The position numbers and the translations under genes are program-made. The notes under the pieces are model-generated. The model was given only the letters and a program-made list of their open reading frames with translations, did no database searches and was not told the origin of the DNA. Positions 42,356-51,882 of a stretch of 64,000 nt of DNA are shown piece after piece (position 1 is the first letter of the stretch; each line of letters opens with the position of its first letter). This DNA comes from a bacterium. Lineage in GTDB: Bacteria > Zhuqueibacterota > Zhuqueibacteria > Residuimicrobiales > Krinioviventaceae. The DNA is taken from the NCBI GenBank assembly GCA_963674595.2, contig CAXXFV010000027.1, positions 352,001-416,000 on the forward strand, written 5' to 3'.

Positions 42356-45289
42356 CTAAAAATTAAATCCAACACCCAATTGTACTCGTCGTGGTTTACC
42401 ATACCAGGTCGGACGATTAAATACTTCATCAGGCGTAAATATACCTACTTGATTAATTTGCCTTACTGTGTTCTCCCATAGAGACGGCAGTTCAGCGTAC
42501 TTGTCGGTTTGCCCGGTTACATTCCAGATATAAAGTTCGTTCAAATGATCAAAAATATTTTCAATATTAAGAAATACTTGGTAATTAAGTGAACCAAGCT
42601 TTAATTGTTTTTTTAACTTTAGATCAACATTCCAACGCAGTGGTTTCTGTTCAGAATTGTTAAACTCATTGTCGGGAAAAGCATACTGACCTAATGAAGA
42701 AGGAGTGTAAGGTTCACCACTGCCTAACCAGCCTAAAACACTGGCACTCCAGTCACCAGGTTTGTTATACAAAAGCGTGGCATTAACCGTATGACGCTGA
42801 TCCCAATCAAGTGGTATAACCTGACGCTCGACCATTTCCACAGGATCTCCACCAAGACGCGATGATACCTGTATGGCGGCTAATGCACCCGTGCTGGATG
42901 AGCTTCCTTCAGTATATTGATATGTATAATCCAGCGATCCGGAAATGTTATCTTGACCCAATTTCTTTAAAGCAACAGTAAATCCTTTAACATTACCGTA
43001 ATCACGATTCACATTGCGATAGTAACCGATTAAATCAAGTGTTGTAATTTCTCGTGAACCCAATAAATTTCTAAAATCTTTGTAATACATGGTAACATCA
43101 ACAGCATAATCATCTGTTAATCCCTGCTGTAATCCAATTTCATAAGCAATCGTACGTTCCGGTTCCAGTTCAGCGTTCCCTAAATTTAAACCGCTAAGGT
43201 AATTTCTGGGTATAGTTTTTAAGGGATAAGCATACATCTTGGAAAAACTCGGCATCTGGAAAAAGTGACCATACGCAACATGAAAAGCGCCACGGTCTGA
43301 TATTGGAAAAGAAAAACCCAGTCGGGGGCTTAGCTGGTATTGAGTTTTTGCTTCTCTCAAATTGTTCTCTTCGCCTAACAAGTGTGCTTCTTTACGCTCA
43401 TTAATCAAAACGTTTTCATTCGAATCAAAATAGTCGAGTCTTAAGCCGGCATTGAGAACCATCTCTCCCATTTCAAGCTTGTCTTGAATAAAAACAGCCG
43501 CTTCAAAAGGCTTGATATCAAAATCCATGAAACGCGTGATCTCATCAGCAGTCGGATAACGGTAACGTTCAGCACCGTCATGGTACTCTTCCCAATTTTT
43601 CCAATAATCAACCATGTGATCCCAATAGTCAGGCCAGGTAAACTCTGAACCTTTTACTGTCGTGTCCCACGCATATTTATCCCATTCATCGGTTACATAA
43701 GGTCCGTATGAATAAACATTATAAAAATGCTGTTTAACTTCAAAACCAGCTTTGATCAAATTATGACGGTCGATCTGCCAGTTAAAATCACCACTGGCAA
43801 GAAAAATCTTTTCAAAATTTTTATCGTCACGGCCCGAATATCCGCCACCTGTAGCCCCAAGCGAAAATCCGTTGGCACTGCTGCTAAACGGTTGTATCCC
43901 TTCATCTCCCGGATAACGCGCATAATAGTTATCATCACGATAGTAACCTTTACCATGTTTGTATTGATAACTGAGATTCAGATTGTAAAAAAAGTTGGTC
44001 GATAAAACGTGACGAATATTAAAAAATTGGTTTCGATAGGTAAGCCACGATTCACCAAGATTGTCCGGTGCATACCGAGAAGAAGAGCTTCCTGTCTTTG
44101 CATTAATAGTCGTATAAAATAGAGAATATGTAAACTTTAATGACGAAGTGGGTTCATAAATCAGTTTTCCGTTTAAACTAAATTTCAAATACTCATTTAA
44201 CGGGCCCTGATCACCATCACCTGTTCGCAAAGAATCAGGAATATAAATCTCTCCCGTATTCTCTCCCTGTTCTGTAAAATGTTCCGTGTACCATCTGCGG
44301 TATGTCGCAATTTTCCACCCGTCTATTGAATTAAATCGCCGGTCATACCAATGATAGGTTTCGTACTGATGATGATCAAATTCATCTTCATCAGGCTTTT
44401 CTGTTGAAACACGTGCAGACAGCAAAAATCCAAGCTTATTAGAAAAAATTGGTAACGGTCCGGTTACACTTCCCTGAAAATCATATTCTGCGATAGGATT
44501 AATTTTATCAATACCAATAAATGTGTTGGTTTTATTACTAATATAATCGCCGGAATAAAGTTGAAAACTACCATGGTATTCTTTTTCAGGACGTTTTGTA
44601 ATAACATTTATAACACCAGACTGAGCAGCACCGTATTCAGCATTAAAAGTACCGCTAATAACCTGCAGCTCATTAATCATAGAAGTTGCAATAGATGTAT
44701 TGGAACCACCATTCTGAGAATAACTGTTGCTAACCGGAACACCATCAACCAGGTAGGCAACTTCACGGGCACGACCTCCACGAAAGTGCATTTTACCATC
44801 GGCACCTGTAACAACACCGGCCTGAAGTTGCACAATTTCATTCATACTGGTTACCGGAAGACTTTCAATTGTTTCAGAATTTACATAACTAGCTGTATTG
44901 GTACGTCCCATTTCTACAATCGGTCGTTCTGCCATAATCGTTACAGTTTCACCTTTTAATGCCTCCGGTGAAAGCGAAATATTCTGTGTTGTAGTTCTAT
45001 CTGAATTGACTTTAATATCCTGAACCTGCACTTCACCATAACCAATCATAGAAACAAACAGTGAGTATGTTCCAGGCGGTATGTTTAAAATTGTATAATA
45101 ACCTTCAATGTCTGTTGCAGCACCCGTATTGGTTCCAACAACTGTTACGTTTACAGCAGGTAACCCTTCTCCTGTGTCGCTATCAATTACCCGACCAGCA
45201 ATTTTACCGGTTACAGCCGCAAATGTATTACTTGTAAAAACCAAAATAAGAGCAGCAAGTAATAAATAAACTGTCTTTTTTAATGCCAT
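42356..45289 (-). CDS. TonB-dependent receptor with N-terminal carboxypeptidase-regulatory-like domain
   Basis: TGKIAGRVID, HFRGGR...YLVDG plug, GTFNAEYG, SPRLG, C-terminal PRRVQLGVGFNF. ATG 45289 with AGGAG RBS. Confidence 0.92.
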   Translation of the reverse strand: MALKKTVYLLLAALILVFTSNTFAAVTGKIAGRVIDSDTGEGLPAVNVTVVGTNTGAATDIEGYYTILNIPPGTYSLFVSMIGYGEVQVQDIKVNSDRTTTQNISLSPEALKGETVTIMAERPIVEMGRTNTASYVNSETIESLPVTSMNEIVQLQAGVVTGADGKMHFRGGRAREVAYLVDGVPVSNSYSQNGGSNTSIATSMINELQVISGTFNAEYGAAQSGVINVITKRPEKEYHGSFQLYSGDYISNKTNTFIGIDKINPIAEYDFQGSVTGPLPIFSNKLGFLLSARVSTEKPDEDEFDHHQYETYHWYDRRFNSIDGWKIATYRRWYTEHFTEQGENTGEIYIPDSLRTGDGDQGPLNEYLKFSLNGKLIYEPTSSLKFTYSLFYTTINAKTGSSSSRYAPDNLGESWLTYRNQFFNIRHVLSTNFFYNLNLSYQYKHGKGYYRDDNYYARYPGDEGIQPFSSSANGFSLGATGGGYSGRDDKNFEKIFLASGDFNWQIDRHNLIKAGFEVKQHFYNVYSYGPYVTDEWDKYAWDTTVKGSEFTWPDYWDHMVDYWKNWEEYHDGAERYRYPTADEITRFMDFDIKPFEAAVFIQDKLEMGEMVLNAGLRLDYFDSNENVLINERKEAHLLGEENNLREAKTQYQLSPRLGFSFPISDRGAFHVAYGHFFQMPSFSKMYAYPLKTIPRNYLSGLNLGNAELEPERTIAYEIGLQQGLTDDYAVDVTMYYKDFRNLLGSREITTLDLIGYYRNVNRDYGNVKGFTVALKKLGQDNISGSLDYTYQYTEGSSSSTGALAAIQVSSRLGGDPVEMVERQVIPLDWDQRHTVNATLLYNKPGDWSASVLGWLGSGEPYTPSSLGQYAFPDNEFNNSEQKPLRWNVDLKLKKQLKLGSLNYQVFLNIENIFDHLNELYIWNVTGQTDKYAELPSLWENTVRQINQVGIFTPDEVFNRPTWYGKPRRVQLGVGFNF

Positions 45290-45513
45290 CTTGCATCTCC
45301 TGACTATATGTATAGACAACTAATTATTTAAGTTATATATTATAAATTATTTACTTAACCGTGTTAGTTTATACATTAATAGATTAACTAAATACATCTT
45401 GAATTACTTAAATTAAATAAAAGCAAATGATATCTTTATTATTGACAAATAGTTAGAATCAACAATAGACATATCACTTTTAAAATTGACTTGAGGATTA
45501 TTAAAATATAAAA

Positions 45514-45546
45514 TTCAGAGCCTTTTTATTAAAAAAAGGCTCTGAA
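45514..45546 (-). terminator. Intrinsic terminator after the 45556 gene
   Basis: TTCAGAGCCTTTTT-ATTAA-AAAAAGGCTCTGAA, a perfect 14-bp stem about 10 nt past the stop codon. Confidence 0.7.
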
Positions 45547-45555
45547 AAAAACATA

Positions 45556-48500
45556 CTATTTCGTTAATACCATCTTTTTAACAACTTGTGTTTGGTTTGT
45601 TGAAACAGCGTAGAAATAAACACCGGAAGCAACACGGTATCCATTACTATCTGTACTATTCCAAACAACCTGATGTGAACCGGCAACTTTAACGCCGCTG
45701 AATAATGTATTAACCAATCGTCCATTAATATCATAGATTTTGATTTCTACATTTTCTTTATTCTTCAATGTGTAAGCAATTGTTGTTGTCGGGTTAAATG
45801 GGTTCGGATAATTTTGAGCCAACTCGATAGCAACTGGCAATTGAGTTTTATTGGGCTCAAAAGACTCTACACTTTCCGCATAATATTCCCAGACATACTC
45901 GGCAGGACGATCGACACCATCACGACGGTTGTTATGCCACAAATCTGGTCTACCATCCTTGTCTCCATCACCATATGCACCCATGGAACCATGAATGTCT
46001 AGTGTAGTGTCCAAATTAGCCGTCTTGGCACATTCAATAATTTTGTAATAATTCCAATGAGTTGGATTGGTGTAATCCGTACCAACAAACTCGGCATCCA
46101 TGATAACACCACCTAATTGCACCTGGTTTCCTAAATTAAAATATATATCAGGATAACCATCACCATCTGCATCGCCTGGCTGACAAATATCAAGGCTCAT
46201 GCTTACTACATCACTGCCTATCATGTCTGCTACCTTTTTAACTCGATGCCAACTGGCAGACGTCATCAAATTCGCAGGATCCTGTGCATTCAAGTCTGTT
46301 ACCCACAACCATTTGGCACCGCCACCTGTAGCATTGCTTTCTGAACACAGGGTGATCAACTCTTTATCACCATCTTTATCCAAATCACAGAAATTGTACT
46401 CATTTCCATATCTCACTGTATCAGTCGGTATGATCCAGGGATCATCATTACCCCAATGATAAACCTCCCATTGATCTTCACCAAGACAATCCAGGTATAC
46501 CAAATCCTGCGTGCCAACATCACGGTTCGGCAGGTACAGCTCGTCGTAGCCATCATTGTCCAAATCACATCCAATGATCTCGGCTACACTGTACTCTATA
46601 CCATAGGTGGCACGGTCAACCAGAACCTCAACATTAAACTGAACTTCGCCTGGTACCAAATTACCGGATACTTCAATAACGGCAAAATAATACAACGGAT
46701 CACCCTTGTAATTGATGCCAAATTCACCGTTACCATCTTTGTCCCAGTCGCCGGAACCATTGTAATACTCGGTATGTACCTCTCCATCTTCTCGACCTGT
46801 CGGACATTCATCCCAGTCTACTGTCCAGTCTTCAGGTAAAAATTCATCAGAACCATCTTCATGAACAAATACCCGAATCGGTGGTATATGATTGTCCTCT
46901 CCAGGGGCAGGAGTCGAACGGATTAACAGTAACTCATCTGTTCCATTACCGTCTAAATCTGTTGCGGTTACGCCTCGTTCACCTGTGTAAAGACTGGTCG
47001 TGCCGTCTGCAGCATAATAATCTGTAAACCAACGGAATTCGTAATTGTCATTACCTGCATTTTCAAAAACATAGGTGCGTTCGTAATTGTTGTCATCATG
47101 AAAGAACTCTAAATTACCATCTCCATCCATGTCAAACCAGGCTCCACCACAATGTCCACGATAGGGCACTGGGATACCTGATCCTTCTACGATCTCATTC
47201 GTTCCAGCTTTGTCCGCTATTGGTCCCATCCAGGATAATTTCCAACCCATGTTAGTTGCATCATCCTGAGGTTCAGGAGCACCGCGATATTCCCAGACAT
47301 ACTCAGCAGGACGATCGACACCATCACGACGGTTGTTATGCCAGAGGTCTGCCATGCCGTCTTTGTCTCCATCACCATATGCACCCATGGAACCATGAAT
47401 GTCTAGTGTAGTGTCCAAATTAGCCGTCTTGGCACATTCAATAATTTTGTAATAATTCCAATGAGTTGGATCGGTGTAATCCGTACCAACAAACTCGGCA
47501 TCCATGATAACACCACCTAATTGTACCTGGTTTCCTAAATTAAAATATATATCAGGATAACCATCACCATCTGCATCGCCTGGCTGACAAATATCAAGGC
47601 TCATGCTTACTACATCACTGCCTATCATGTCTGCTACCTTTTTAACTCGATGCCAACTGGCAGACGTCATCAAATTCGCAGGATCCTGTGCATTCAAGTC
47701 TGTTACCCACAACCATTTGGCACCGCCACCTGTAGCATTGCTTTCTGAACACAGGGTGATCAACTCTTTATCACCATCTTTATCCAAATCACAGAAATTG
47801 TACTCATTTCCATATCTCACTGTATCAGTCGGTATGATCCAGGGATCATCATTACCCCAATGATAAACCTCCCATTGATCTTCACCAAGACAATCCAGGT
47901 ATACCAAATCCTGCGTGCCAACATCACGGTTCGGCAGGTACAGCTCGTCGTAGCCATCATCGTCCAAATCACATCCGATGATCTCGGCTACACTGTACTC
48001 TATACCATAGGTGGCACGGTCAACCAGAACCTCAACATTAAACTGAACTTCGCCTGGTACCAAATTACCGGATACTTCAATAACGGCAAAATAATACAAA
48101 CGGATCACCCTTGTAATTGATGCCAAATTCACCGTTACCATCTTTGTCCCAGTCGCCGGAACCATTGTAATACTCGGTATGTACCTCTCCATCTTCTCGA
48201 CCTGTCGGACATTCATCCCAGTCTACTGTCCAGTCTTCAGGTAAAAATTCATCAGAACCATCTTCATGAACAAATACCCGAATCGGTGGTATATGATTGT
48301 CCTCTCCAGGGGCAGGAGTCGAACGGATTAACAGTAACTCATCTGTTCCATTATCGTCTAAATCTGTTGCGGTTACGCCTCGTTCACCTGTGTAAAGACT
48401 GGTCGTGCCGTCTGCAGCATAATAATCTGTAAACCAACGGAATTCGTAATTGTCATTACCTGCATTTTCAAAAACATAGGTGCGTTCGTAATTGTTGTCA

Positions 48501-48748
48501 TCATGAAAGAACTCTAAATTACCATCTCCATCCATGTCAAACCAGGCTCCACCACAATGTCCACGATAGGGCACTGGGATACCTGATCCTTCTACGATCT
48601 CATTCGTTCCAGCTTTGTCCGCTATTGGTCCCATCCAGGATAATTCCCAACCCATGTTGTTATTATCTGTTTGGGCAAAAACCATATTGGAAAAAGCAAG
48701 AACAAATACAAATAGTGTACATATAACGACTATTCGATTTAGTTTCAT
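45556..48748 (-). pseudogene. Secreted FG-GAP/VCBS-like repeat protein with T9SS-like tail, internally duplicated and split by a +1 frameshift (real or sequencing error)
   Basis: ORFs 48077-48748 (signal peptide) and 45556-48216 join into ~1063 aa if one A at 48098-48100 is removed (the sister repeat has AA at 46694-46695). DxDGDGxxE/D repeats; QNYPNPFNP tail. Confidence 0.75.
45883..48658. repeat. Direct tandem duplication, ~1.37 kb x2 (45883-47253 and 47287-48658)
   Basis: Near-identical sequence at offset 1404/1405 with a 33-bp linker. I counted roughly 17 differences by eye. Confidence 0.95.
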
Positions 48749-48907
48749 ATTGTATCACCTTTCTCTTAGTTAATGTTTAATAGTATTCCATAACTAAAAT
48801 TCTACTGAAAAAAAAACTCGACGGCTCTACCTCCTTTCTTTTGCTTTATATAATTACTTTATAATTTTAGCATCACCTCCTTAAAAATTAAGTCCACAGT
48901 TACAAAA

Positions 48908-50560
48908 TTAAAGATAAATTTTTATTTTATATTCTTCTTTTGCTTTCTGGTACCATTTATCTATCAACATTTCACTATTTTTTGACAAATAATCATTACG
49001 GACCTGTTCCTTAACTTCATCAAGACCTTGTAGACGTTCCGGGTCGATAGAAATTAATTTTATAATCGAATATCCGCCTCTATATTTAAAAGGATCACTT
49101 GTCTCACCAATTTTCATTTTATCAGCCGTTTTACCAAGGTTTCCGTTCTGATTGGAACTAAAGGGTCCAATACTTCCATCCTTGTTTCTGCCTTTATATT
49201 GGCAATATTCTTTGACTAAATTTGTAAAATTATGACCCTTAACAGCCAAACGATACACCTTATCAATATCCTCTTTTGTTTTACGGAAAATTTCTTGCAC
49301 AACCATCATTTTTGGTTTTATATATTGACGTTGGTTTTGAGTGTAGGACTGTAGGTATTGCTCATCAGAAAGATTAACTTTATCAAATATTTCACGTTGA
49401 ATAATAACATCTTTTAAACGGCGATTTAACCAATTTTCCAGTTCTTTTTTTACCTGTGGTTCTTTTTGTAATCCCTCTTTTATAGCTTTGTCACGCATAA
49501 TTCTATTATGGTTCATTTCTTCAAGAATCATATTTACAAATTTGGGGTTTGATAAAGACTTCCAATAATAAGGGAACGCTTCATTAAAAAAGAATCCTAC
49601 AGAAATTTCTTCAATTTTTGATTTTGTTAACGGTAATTGTTTTTCTTCAATTGTAAATAATCCTGCAGAATCTTGTTTTGCTGTCAACTTTTCACAACGT
49701 TTACAAAAGAATTCGATATTTTTAGAAATAAATTCCAGGTTATATTCTTTTTGAAGATTTTTAACAAGTTCTTGAAAAAGATCATGTCTTTGTTTTTTTG
49801 ATATTCTCTCAATATTTTCTTTTAAATTTTCTTTTTCATCCTGAAAAGAACCTATGGGTTGAGGTATTCTTTTTTCCAATTTCACAATAAAAAAGGCGTT
49901 ATTTGCAAAAAAGATGTTACTGATTTGCCCTTCTGATAAATTATAAGCTTTTTCATATACGTAATCTTTTGTGTTAAAGCAGTCACTTAAGCCCATGTAT
50001 CCGCTATCTTGATTAGCATATTTATGTTCAGAATATTGAGCAGCCAGCTTTTTAAAATCTTCTCCGTTATCAAGCTTTGCCAGAATATTTTTAGCTTTAT
50101 CCTCTTTTTCTTTTTTATTATCACCGTTAGAATCAACATAAAATTTCATTCGTAAAAGTATCAACTTGTCTTTAGACCACTCGTAATACTTTTTATACAA
50201 CGCGTCAGTAAAAATTTTATTGTCTATTTCACGTTTTTTAAATTCTTCTGATGCAAGCTGTTTTTCAATTTGTTCGGTCGATTTTTTTATCTCGTCTTCC
50301 TTGTCTAAACCGAGTCTCTTTGCTTCAATTAATAAAAGCTGATTTTTTAAAATTTCATTAAAAAGTTTTCTCTTTGAATCGATATCCACTTTTTCATAAT
50401 CATAGCCAGGGTACAATTTATTATAGTATTTAATAAAATCATTTTCAGTAATTAAAAGTTTGTATTTACCTTCTGCTAAGACTTTTTGATCAGGTTTTTT
50501 TTGACAATGAAAGGAAATAATAATGGTAAAAAGCAGTATAAAGGGAAATAGTCTTTTCAT
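48908..50560 (-). CDS. Parvulin-type peptidylprolyl isomerase (PrsA/SurA-like), probable lipoprotein
   Basis: GEDFKKLAAQYSE, SGYMG; second domain (KDGSIG...GETSDPF...GGYSIIKL); SFHC lipobox-like. Confidence 0.85.
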   Translation of the reverse strand: MKRLFPFILLFTIIISFHCQKKPDQKVLAEGKYKLLITENDFIKYYNKLYPGYDYEKVDIDSKRKLFNEILKNQLLLIEAKRLGLDKEDEIKKSTEQIEKQLASEEFKKREIDNKIFTDALYKKYYEWSKDKLILLRMKFYVDSNGDNKKEKEDKAKNILAKLDNGEDFKKLAAQYSEHKYANQDSGYMGLSDCFNTKDYVYEKAYNLSEGQISNIFFANNAFFIVKLEKRIPQPIGSFQDEKENLKENIERISKKQRHDLFQELVKNLQKEYNLEFISKNIEFFCKRCEKLTAKQDSAGLFTIEEKQLPLTKSKIEEISVGFFFNEAFPYYWKSLSNPKFVNMILEEMNHNRIMRDKAIKEGLQKEPQVKKELENWLNRRLKDVIIQREIFDKVNLSDEQYLQSYTQNQRQYIKPKMMVVQEIFRKTKEDIDKVYRLAVKGHNFTNLVKEYCQYKGRNKDGSIGPFSSNQNGNLGKTADKMKIGETSDPFKYRGGYSIIKLISIDPERLQGLDEVKEQVRNDYLSKNSEMLIDKWYQKAKEEYKIKIYL

Positions 50561-50803
50561 AATAGTACACTCATTTTTGATAGATTAAAAAATTTTCACT
50601 TTTAAAAATATATTTCGTCAAGATAATGACTAGAAATTTTTAAGACATTCTTTAAATTTATAAAACGATAAATTAAAACTTTACTGCAAATTAAGAAAAT
50701 ATATCTTAAACCTGATAAAATATACACATTATTATATATCATTACTCATTACTTTCCGAAATATATGTGTTTCGTTAAAATAAAAAAATATTACACAACT
50801 AGT

Positions 50804-51859
50804 TCAAAATCCAACACATAGTGAAAATTTTTGTGTATTATCAAATAATCCAAAATCTTCATAACTATAATCAAGATAGATATTGATTAGTGATCTTGGT
50901 ACTCTCAATTTTAAGCCGCCACCTAAAGTTAAACCTTTTTCCGTATCATCTTCAAAAAGGCTTGAATACCCGCCTCTTAGAAAGATTTTATCAAAATATG
51001 CCCATTCACAACCAACGTTTAGACTTCTTACGTTGTCTGACGGCTCAAAGAATTCTATTGCAAAAAGTAAAGGCATTTGACTGTCACGATTGAGAACAGC
51101 AGACATACCGGCACGAAAAGTAATCGGAATGTTGTATGAACCTGTTTGTAAATCAGCGTCAATTTTTTCATTGTTACCGGCTTCGTTTTCAACAATATCG
51201 TGATAGACAAAAGTATCACGACCGAAATATCGCATTTTCCCACCCATATTGGACATTGCGGCACCGATTTTGAAAAAGTCAAACAAATCCGTAAATGTCA
51301 CGCCTAAATCGACGGCCATTGTGCTGGCTGTCATGTGCCATAGTTGACTTCGGATGTATTTTACAGTACCACCGATGGATAATCGATCGTTCAAAGTTCT
51401 GGCATAAGTTGCCCCTAAAACCATATCATTTGAAGATGCCCACTCTCCATAACCTTCCGGATAATCAGGTGTTGTTACTTCAATGTCATCCATTGTTAAA
51501 GTATTCAATGAAAATCCTATAGTTCCCAGGTTACCAAGAGGTAAGGCAATACCAATAAAATCATGACCCAGGTCGGCAATCCAATCTGAATGAATAAGTG
51601 CAATTTGGCTTTGTTTCATTGTAGCGATTCCAGCAGGATTCCAAAAAAGAGCGGTAACATCATCAGCAATTGAGGTATATGCTCCCCCCATTGCATTAGC
51701 ACGAGCACCAACTCCTATAGAGAGAAAAGCAGCCGCTGTGGTTCCAACTTTGGAGACATCACTGTTAAATCCGGATATTTGGAATTGAGCATAGCTTTTA
51801 AACGAGTTCCCAAGTATCAAATATACCGCAAGTGTAAATAAAACTATTAACTTTTTCAT
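50804..51859 (-). CDS. PorV/PorQ family outer-membrane beta-barrel
   Basis: VGTTAAAFLSIGVGARANAMGGA...ALFWNPAG; C-terminal Phe; paralogue of 37651-38694. Confidence 0.85.
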   Translation of the reverse strand: MKKLIVLFTLAVYLILGNSFKSYAQFQISGFNSDVSKVGTTAAAFLSIGVGARANAMGGAYTSIADDVTALFWNPAGIATMKQSQIALIHSDWIADLGHDFIGIALPLGNLGTIGFSLNTLTMDDIEVTTPDYPEGYGEWASSNDMVLGATYARTLNDRLSIGGTVKYIRSQLWHMTASTMAVDLGVTFTDLFDFFKIGAAMSNMGGKMRYFGRDTFVYHDIVENEAGNNEKIDADLQTGSYNIPITFRAGMSAVLNRDSQMPLLFAIEFFEPSDNVRSLNVGCEWAYFDKIFLRGGYSSLFEDDTEKGLTLGGGLKLRVPRSLINIYLDYSYEDFGLFDNTQKFSLCVGF

Positions 51860-51882
51860 ATTTCGCCTCTAAAATTTTACTC

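Noticed and set aside
48101-48216. N-terminus (MNVRQVEK...) of the 886-aa ORF as a real start
   Set aside because: It is an off-frame reading of the repeat upstream of the frameshift; the same peptide appears as shadow ORF 46596-46811.
45883-48658. Duplication as an IS/transposon or a diversity-generating retroelement TR/VR pair
   Set aside because: No transposase, terminal repeats or reverse transcriptase in the window; the repeat is domain-sized and in frame, and the differences are not a clear adenine-only pattern.
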